NCBI GenBank assembly: GCA_047171945.1
Contig: JBCQWR010000003.1
Span: 10,170-74,169 of the forward strand
Source: Rikenellaceae bacterium
Lineage (GTDB): Bacteria > Bacteroidota > Bacteroidia > Bacteroidales > Rikenellaceae
Direction: 5' to 3'
DNA: 64,000 nt
Positions 58,439 through 64,000 of this stretch are shown here, piece by piece (within the stretch, counting starts at the first letter, position 1; each line of letters starts with the position of its first letter). The notes under the pieces are model-generated. The model was not told the DNA's origin. It ran no database searches and worked only from the letters and a program-made list of their open reading frames with translations. The translations under genes and the position numbers were made by a program.

Positions 58439-59765
58439 CGCTCATCCTCCCATCTTTAAGTTTATTGACCCACGCCGAGAAGCACTCACCACGGTGGATG
58501 TAGCTTTTGAAGAGATCGAATGAGGCACACGCAGGTGACAAAAGAACAACATCTCCACCATGAACCGCACCATGGGCTGCTGTCATAGCCTCCTCAAACG
58601 AAGAGCATGAGACGATCGAGGGGACAACCCCCGCAAACTCTCGCTCCAAGGCAGCATTATCGAGCCCCATGCAGACCAAAGTGTGCACCTTGGCTGCGGC
58701 AAACTCCTTGAGCGGAGTGTAGTCGTTACCCTTGTCGGTGCCACCTGCGATCCAGACCACAGGGCGAGTCATCGCCTCGAGAGCATACCACACCGAGTCG
58801 ACGTTGGTGGCCTTCGAGTCGTTGATGTAGAGCACCCCACCGATCTCGGCAAGCGGCTGTAGGCGGTGCTCCACCGCTCCAAATGAGCAGATTGCACGCT
58901 CCACCACCTCTGGAGCTACTCCAGCGGCCAAGGTAGCCAAAGCTGCCGCCTCGGCGTTATAAATATTATGCTGACCCGTAATCTGCATCTTCGAAGCCTC
59001 GAAGCTTACCCTCGCCTCGCCCACTTGCGCCTCCACCATTTGACTCTTCGTGTTGCCAAAGCTCAAGCAGTGCTGAGGTAGCGGCAACCCCTCCATCTGC
59101 GAGGTGATCGCCTTGTCGGCACCAAAGTATATGAAGTAATCTTCGGCGCCTTGATTCTGCACAATGCGCATCTTGGAGGCTGCATAGTTCTCGAAGCGGT
59201 AGTCGTAGCGGTCGAGGTGGTCGGGTGTAATGTTGAGCAACACCCCGATGTCGGCCCTAAAGTCATACATGCCATCGAGTTGGAACGAGCTAAGTTCCAA
59301 GACATACCAATCGTAGGCGGCAGTGGCCACCGAGTAGGCGAAGCTCTCGCCAATATTACCACCAACGGCCACCGAGTAACCAGCCTCACGCAGGATGTGG
59401 TAGATGAGCGAGGTGGTGGTGGTCTTGCCATTGGAGCCCGTAATGCAGATCATCTTGGAGCGATCGGCATAGCGCCCAGCAAACTCGATCTCGGAGATCA
59501 CGGGGATCCCCGCCTCTATGATCTTCTGCACCAAAGGCACTTTGTCGGGAATACCAGGCGACTTAATCACAATGTCGGCCGAGAGGATAAGCTCCTCACT
59601 ATGAGCCTCCTGCTCGTAGGAAACCCCCCACTGCTCGAGCCTCTCAACAACATCACCCGAAAGGGCACCACGATCCGAAAGGAGAACCTCAAACCCCTCC
59701 TTCTTGGCCAATATCGCAGAGCCATAACCACTTACGCCTCCACCTAATACTACTACTCGTTTCAT
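58425..59765 (-). CDS. murD: UDP-MurNAc-L-Ala:D-Glu ligase
   Basis: KSPGIP, TGSNGKTTT, ELSSFQL, NITPDHLDRY, DSKATN, SPACASFD. Confidence 0.96.
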   Translation of the reverse strand: MKRVVVLGGGVSGYGSAILAKKEGFEVLLSDRGALSGDVVERLEQWGVSYEQEAHSEELILSADIVIKSPGIPDKVPLVQKIIEAGIPVISEIEFAGRYADRSKMICITGSNGKTTTTSLIYHILREAGYSVAVGGNIGESFAYSVATAAYDWYVLELSSFQLDGMYDFRADIGVLLNITPDHLDRYDYRFENYAASKMRIVQNQGAEDYFIYFGADKAITSQMEGLPLPQHCLSFGNTKSQMVEAQVGEARVSFEASKMQITGQHNIYNAEAAALATLAAGVAPEVVERAICSFGAVEHRLQPLAEIGGVLYINDSKATNVDSVWYALEAMTRPVVWIAGGTDKGNDYTPLKEFAAAKVHTLVCMGLDNAALEREFAGVVPSIVSCSSFEEAMTAAHGAVHGGDVVLLSPACASFDLFKSYIHRGECFSAWVNKLKDGRMSDGNS

Positions 59766-59823
59766 ATATCTTTAATTATCATCTTAAACAACTCTCTTTG
59801 CTACAAAAAATTAATATTTTAGA

Positions 59824-61782
59824 TTACTTAAATCTAAGCTGCATATTTAATTTAAAGTAGAGACCCTCCTTCTCCATATAGATTCTTCCAAATCTATGAC
59901 GTGTAGAAGATGGTGTATCAAATTTAATATTCTCAAATAGATACTCTTTGAACTCTTTTTGATCTATTATATGGAAAGCAACACTCTCCCCACTCTCTTT
60001 GACAACAACAGTTCCATTGGCAGCATACTCTCCATTCCACCTTTTACCAGGAAAAAAGCCTAATAGTATATCCAACAACAACCGTTTTATCTTCATCTCG
60101 ACTAACAATAATTCATCATTATTAACATCCTTACAGATATACTCCACAATCTGTTTTACGGCAGATATTCTCTCCTTATAATAGCACATTAACATCTTAC
60201 CTACAAGATCTGGCATATCTCCATCAACTGTTCGCAAATTGAGATTTAGATTCTTATTTTCTGCTCCGATATATTCAAAACGGCCACCATTTTCCTCAAT
60301 GGCGCACATTCTATCTACTATCTTAGTTCGGGTCTTAATATTATTTATTTCGTCTACTTTGGTCTCATCTAATCCATTAATTTTAAATATAAAATTAGTA
60401 GAGCCTGATGCATTAAATAGTGTAGGATTGCTACCAAGATATGATTTTATACCGTAACCCTCATCTATCGCCTCATATTTGTCAGTTTTAACATCAAATA
60501 GTATATCGGCTTTTTGACTACTTGAACCTCCCTTCACAATAGATAAACCTAAAGCATCTTGAATCACCTCAAAATCTTCTATCTCAAAAGTGCCTCTACC
60601 CTCTTTAATTTTATCTCTGAGCGTCTCTAATACTTCTGGTGTTATTAAATCAGTCATATCAACTTTATTTACCTCAATATTGGACTCCTTATCTTTAATA
60701 ATTACCTCAGAAGAGTCATTAACGAAGTACGATTTTGTGTTGTTGAGTGTCGTAACCTTAGCTATTTTAATTGTGTCATCTTTTGCAGACAGATCTTTAT
60801 TTGCAAGATGTATCTCTCTATTAAGCAATGTCTGCACAAAAACATACAGTTCGCTCCATTCACCTTTATTCTTTGTCTCTTTCATAACATCTACCTTATT
60901 TGTATCTATCTGCATTATATGATTAATTAAGCTTCGTCCAACAGCTTCAACAGCATCAATAGCCACACTATTACCGAGCTGCTTCATTGCATGCACAATA
61001 CTTGATGGAAGCCAAAAATCATCAGGAAATCCCTGCATCTTCTTACCTTCAATCGGAGATAATCGCCTAACCTCGCCATCCACCAAATAACTATCCCAGT
61101 TCCGACGATCATCAATGTTACTACCACGACCACCTACCCTTAATGTAAATCCAATATCACGAGAACATTTACCACCCCAAACATCACTCATAGTATATTT
61201 AAGTTTCGTTGGAGCTGGAAAATCAAACGATTTAAGAAATCCCTCATCTCTAAAGCCGACAATAAATACACGAGGTCTACGCTGAGGTAGTCCATAATCT
61301 GATGCATTTACAATTTTAAGATATACCGAGTAACCTAATTCATTTTCAAGAATGTTACGTATAACTTTTATTGTATTACCATTATCGTGGGCAACTAAAC
61401 CTCTAACATTCTCAAGAAAAAATGCTTTTGGTCTTTTAATATCAATTATCTCCGCAATATTAAAAAAAAGATTTCCTCTCTCTGACCTGTGATTATCCTC
61501 AAATCCTCTTTTTTGACCTGCTTGGCTGAAAGGTTGACAAGGAAACCCTGCACACAAAACATCAAAATCAGGTATCTCTTCTGGTGATATATTTCGTATA
61601 TCATCATTAAACAGACCAGAATCAAACAACACAGGGCTAATACTTCTAAAATTAGTCTCATATGTTACCCTTGCACTACTATCTACCTCCGATGCAAAAA
61701 CGCACTCACCACCAAGCCTATGCATAGCAATATGGAAACCGCCAATACCAGCAAAAAGATCTATAAATTTAAATTTTGACAT
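59824..61782 (-). CDS. Fused C5-cytosine DNA methyltransferase (aa ~1-299) and HpaII-family restriction endonuclease (aa ~300-652)
   Basis: MTase motifs FAGIGG, PCQ, ENV, QRRPR, LGNS; then NKGEWSELY, KADI..GIKSYLG...FDTPSSTRH; visibly more AT-rich than its neighbours. Confidence 0.88.
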   Translation of the reverse strand: MSKFKFIDLFAGIGGFHIAMHRLGGECVFASEVDSSARVTYETNFRSISPVLFDSGLFNDDIRNISPEEIPDFDVLCAGFPCQPFSQAGQKRGFEDNHRSERGNLFFNIAEIIDIKRPKAFFLENVRGLVAHDNGNTIKVIRNILENELGYSVYLKIVNASDYGLPQRRPRVFIVGFRDEGFLKSFDFPAPTKLKYTMSDVWGGKCSRDIGFTLRVGGRGSNIDDRRNWDSYLVDGEVRRLSPIEGKKMQGFPDDFWLPSSIVHAMKQLGNSVAIDAVEAVGRSLINHIMQIDTNKVDVMKETKNKGEWSELYVFVQTLLNREIHLANKDLSAKDDTIKIAKVTTLNNTKSYFVNDSSEVIIKDKESNIEVNKVDMTDLITPEVLETLRDKIKEGRGTFEIEDFEVIQDALGLSIVKGGSSSQKADILFDVKTDKYEAIDEGYGIKSYLGSNPTLFNASGSTNFIFKINGLDETKVDEINNIKTRTKIVDRMCAIEENGGRFEYIGAENKNLNLNLRTVDGDMPDLVGKMLMCYYKERISAVKQIVEYICKDVNNDELLLVEMKIKRLLLDILLGFFPGKRWNGEYAANGTVVVKESGESVAFHIIDQKEFKEYLFENIKFDTPSSTRHRFGRIYMEKEGLYFKLNMQLRFK

Positions 61783-61814
61783 ATAAGTTCTAATTAATTC
61801 ACCATTTTTACTAT

Positions 61815-63359
61815 CTACATTATCCTACCCCACTGCTCCCTGTCGAGGCTCCTGTAGGAGATTGCCTCCGAGATGTGGGCTGCCGTGATACTCTCTTCGC
61901 CTGCCAAGTCGGCTATCGTGCGGGCCACTTTGATTATGCGGTCGTAGGCTCTTGCCGAGAGGTGCAGTCGCTCCATTGCCATCTCTAACATGCGGCGTGC
62001 AGCAGAGTCAAGGGGGCAAAACTCTCTTATCATTTTGCTGTTGATCATTGAGTTGGTATAAACTCCTTCGATATCTCGATAACGCTTAGCTTGCACCTCA
62101 CGAGCCTTTATGACTCTCTCTCGCACCTCAGCACTCGACTCCTCGACCCTCTCACGGCTAATTTCGCTGATCGACACGGGGGTCACCTCAATGTGGAGAT
62201 CTATGCGATCCAATAGAGGCCCCGATATGCGGTTGAGATAGCGGTGAACAGCACCTGGTGAGCAGCTACACTCACGGTCAGGGTGGTTGTAGTAGCCACA
62301 TGGGCAGGGGTTCATCGAGGCCACCAAGGTGAAGTTGGCGGGGTACTCGACACTATATCGAGCCCTCGAGATTGTTATGCGCTTCTCCTCGAGTGGCTGT
62401 CGCAGCACCTCCAAGACGTTGCGCCCAAATTCGGGCAGCTCGTCGAGAAAGAGCACCCCGTTGTGTGAGAGCGACACCTCGCCTGGCTGAGGTGATTGCC
62501 CACCTCCGATGAGTGCCACTTGCGAGGTGAGGTGGTGCGGCGAGCGGAATGGTCGTGAGTGCATCAACCCTTTAGTGATGCCGAGCTTACCCGCCACCGA
62601 GTGTATCTTGGTGGTCTCCAAAGCCTCCTCAGTGCTTAGTGGTGGCATAATCGAAGGGAGCCTACGTGCCAACATTGTCTTACCCGAGCCTGGCGAGCCG
62701 ATCATCACAGCGTTGTGACCTCCTGCGGCCAATATCTCCATCGCACGCTTAACCTGCGCTTGACCCTTGACATCGGCAAAATCCTCGGCAAAGAGCGATT
62801 CACTCACCTCCTCGGCTACCATCTCTACTTGAGCTACTTCGAGGGGTTGATAACCGTTGAGCATATCAACAATATGGCGCAGGGAGTCGACCCCAACCAC
62901 ATCGATACCATCGACAACAGCCGCCTCAGCGAGATTCTCACGAGGCAAGAATATCCGTTTACGCCCTCTATTGCGAGCCTCAACGGCCAATGGCAGGGCT
63001 CCTTTGATCCCTTTGACCGATCCATCGAGCGAGAGCTCGCCCAAAATCATCGACCCCTCCAACATCTCATCGCTGATCTGTGAGGTGGCCGCCAAGATAG
63101 CAACAGCTATCGGCAGGTCAAAGGCCGAACCCTCCTTTCGAAGATCGGCTGGCGCCAAGTTGACCACCAATTTCTTGGAGGTAAACCGCAGTGAGGAGTT
63201 CTCGAACGAAGATCGAATACGCTCCTGCGACTCCTTGACGGCATTATCGGGTAATCCCACCAAGAATAGACCCAATCCACCCTCGGCCAAATTCACCTCG
63301 ACGGTAACCTCGACAGCATCGATACCTACAATCGCACCAGCATAACTCTTTACAAACAT
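61815..63359 (-). CDS. comM: YifB/ComM Mg-chelatase-like AAA+ ATPase
   Basis: VGLPDNAVKES, NLAPADLRKEG, GSPGSGKTMLARR, LFLDELPEF, NPCPCG, LSARAYDR. Confidence 0.92.
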   Translation of the reverse strand: MFVKSYAGAIVGIDAVEVTVEVNLAEGGLGLFLVGLPDNAVKESQERIRSSFENSSLRFTSKKLVVNLAPADLRKEGSAFDLPIAVAILAATSQISDEMLEGSMILGELSLDGSVKGIKGALPLAVEARNRGRKRIFLPRENLAEAAVVDGIDVVGVDSLRHIVDMLNGYQPLEVAQVEMVAEEVSESLFAEDFADVKGQAQVKRAMEILAAGGHNAVMIGSPGSGKTMLARRLPSIMPPLSTEEALETTKIHSVAGKLGITKGLMHSRPFRSPHHLTSQVALIGGGQSPQPGEVSLSHNGVLFLDELPEFGRNVLEVLRQPLEEKRITISRARYSVEYPANFTLVASMNPCPCGYYNHPDRECSCSPGAVHRYLNRISGPLLDRIDLHIEVTPVSISEISRERVEESSAEVRERVIKAREVQAKRYRDIEGVYTNSMINSKMIREFCPLDSAARRMLEMAMERLHLSARAYDRIIKVARTIADLAGEESITAAHISEAISYRSLDREQWGRIM

Positions 63360-63383
63360 CGCATCCTCCCTCTTTCGTTTAAT

Positions 63384-64000
63384 TTAGAATGGCGCCTCGT
63401 CATTACCCTTGACAGGGGAGATATCAAACTCGTTGCTTTGAAGTGGCACAGCTGGTGCTGGCGCCTCGAAGCTATTTGAGCTACTGGCGAAATCCTCATA
63501 TTGGGTTGCACCACCAAAACTTGCGCTTGGCGGAATATCTAATTGGTTGATGTCGACAAATTTGGCCTGCTCCTTAATGAAGCGCAACGGCACGTCGCAC
63601 ACCTCTCCATTACGATGCTTTGCCAAGATGATCTCGGCCATACCTGCGGTGGGCACTCCATCCTCGGTTTGGTGAATTCCATAATATTCGGGACGGTGGA
63701 TAAATGCCACAATATCGGCATCCTGCTCAATTGCACCCGACTCACGGAGGTCACTTAGCTGAGGTCGCTTCGAGCCACCACGCATCTCGGCAGCACGACT
63801 TAGCTGCGAGAGGGCGATGATCGGTACGTTGAGCTCCTTGGCGATAGCCTTGAGTGTACGTGAGATGAACGAAACCTCCTGCTCACGGTTGCCTTTGTTG
63901 TCGCCACCACCCGTCATAAGTTGGAGGTAGTCGATAATTATTATCTTAATGTCGTGGTGAATCTTCAAACGTCGAGCCTTCGAGCGAAACTCAAAGACCG
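63384..64000 (-). CDS. dnaB: Replicative DNA helicase, C-terminal part (5' end beyond the window)
   Basis: [50 protein letters not shown]. Confidence 0.96.
   Translation of the reverse strand, partial: VFEFRSKARRLKIHHDIKIIIIDYLQLMTGGGDNKGNREQEVSFISRTLKAIAKELNVPIIALSQLSRAAEMRGGSKRPQLSDLRESGAIEQDADIVAFIHRPEYYGIHQTEDGVPTAGMAEIILAKHRNGEVCDVPLRFIKEQAKFVDINQLDIPPSASFGGATQYEDFASSSNSFEAPAPAVPLQSNEFDISPVKGNDEAPF

Overview
A 64 kb chromosomal window from a Bacteroidales bacterium, most likely Rikenellaceae (Alistipes-like). Support: Bacteroidota TTTG-N19-TAnnTTTG promoters, a SulA-like enzyme and the gene repertoire. It is mostly housekeeping: rnpA-yidD, tRNA-Gly, xerD, prmA-recO, porins, sppA, nfo, proS, pyrB, recG, a ppk1-ppx operon, pheS, ybeY, gcvP, slyD, nrdJ, murD-ftsW, comM and dnaB. 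I found no prophage, CRISPR array or transposase. Points of interest: (1) an AT-rich single-ORF fusion of a C5-cytosine methyltransferase and an HpaII-like endonuclease, together with an apparently total absence of CCGG and near-absence of CGCG by eye; (2) a hairpin-rich MITE-like repeat with terminal inverted repeats, two copies of which flank a hemerythrin-LuxR cassette in inverted orientation and may supply its -33 box; (3) a vWA + pseudokinase-WG operon with an apparently active kinase-WG paralogue about 41 kb away; (4) PyrB fused to only the zinc domain of PyrI; (5) a sulfonolipid SulA-like gene; (6) tandem DnaA boxes upstream of nrdJ; (7) CGTC/GTAG-tagged REP-like palindromes. All annotations come from motif recognition and recall of protein families; no searches or counts were run.
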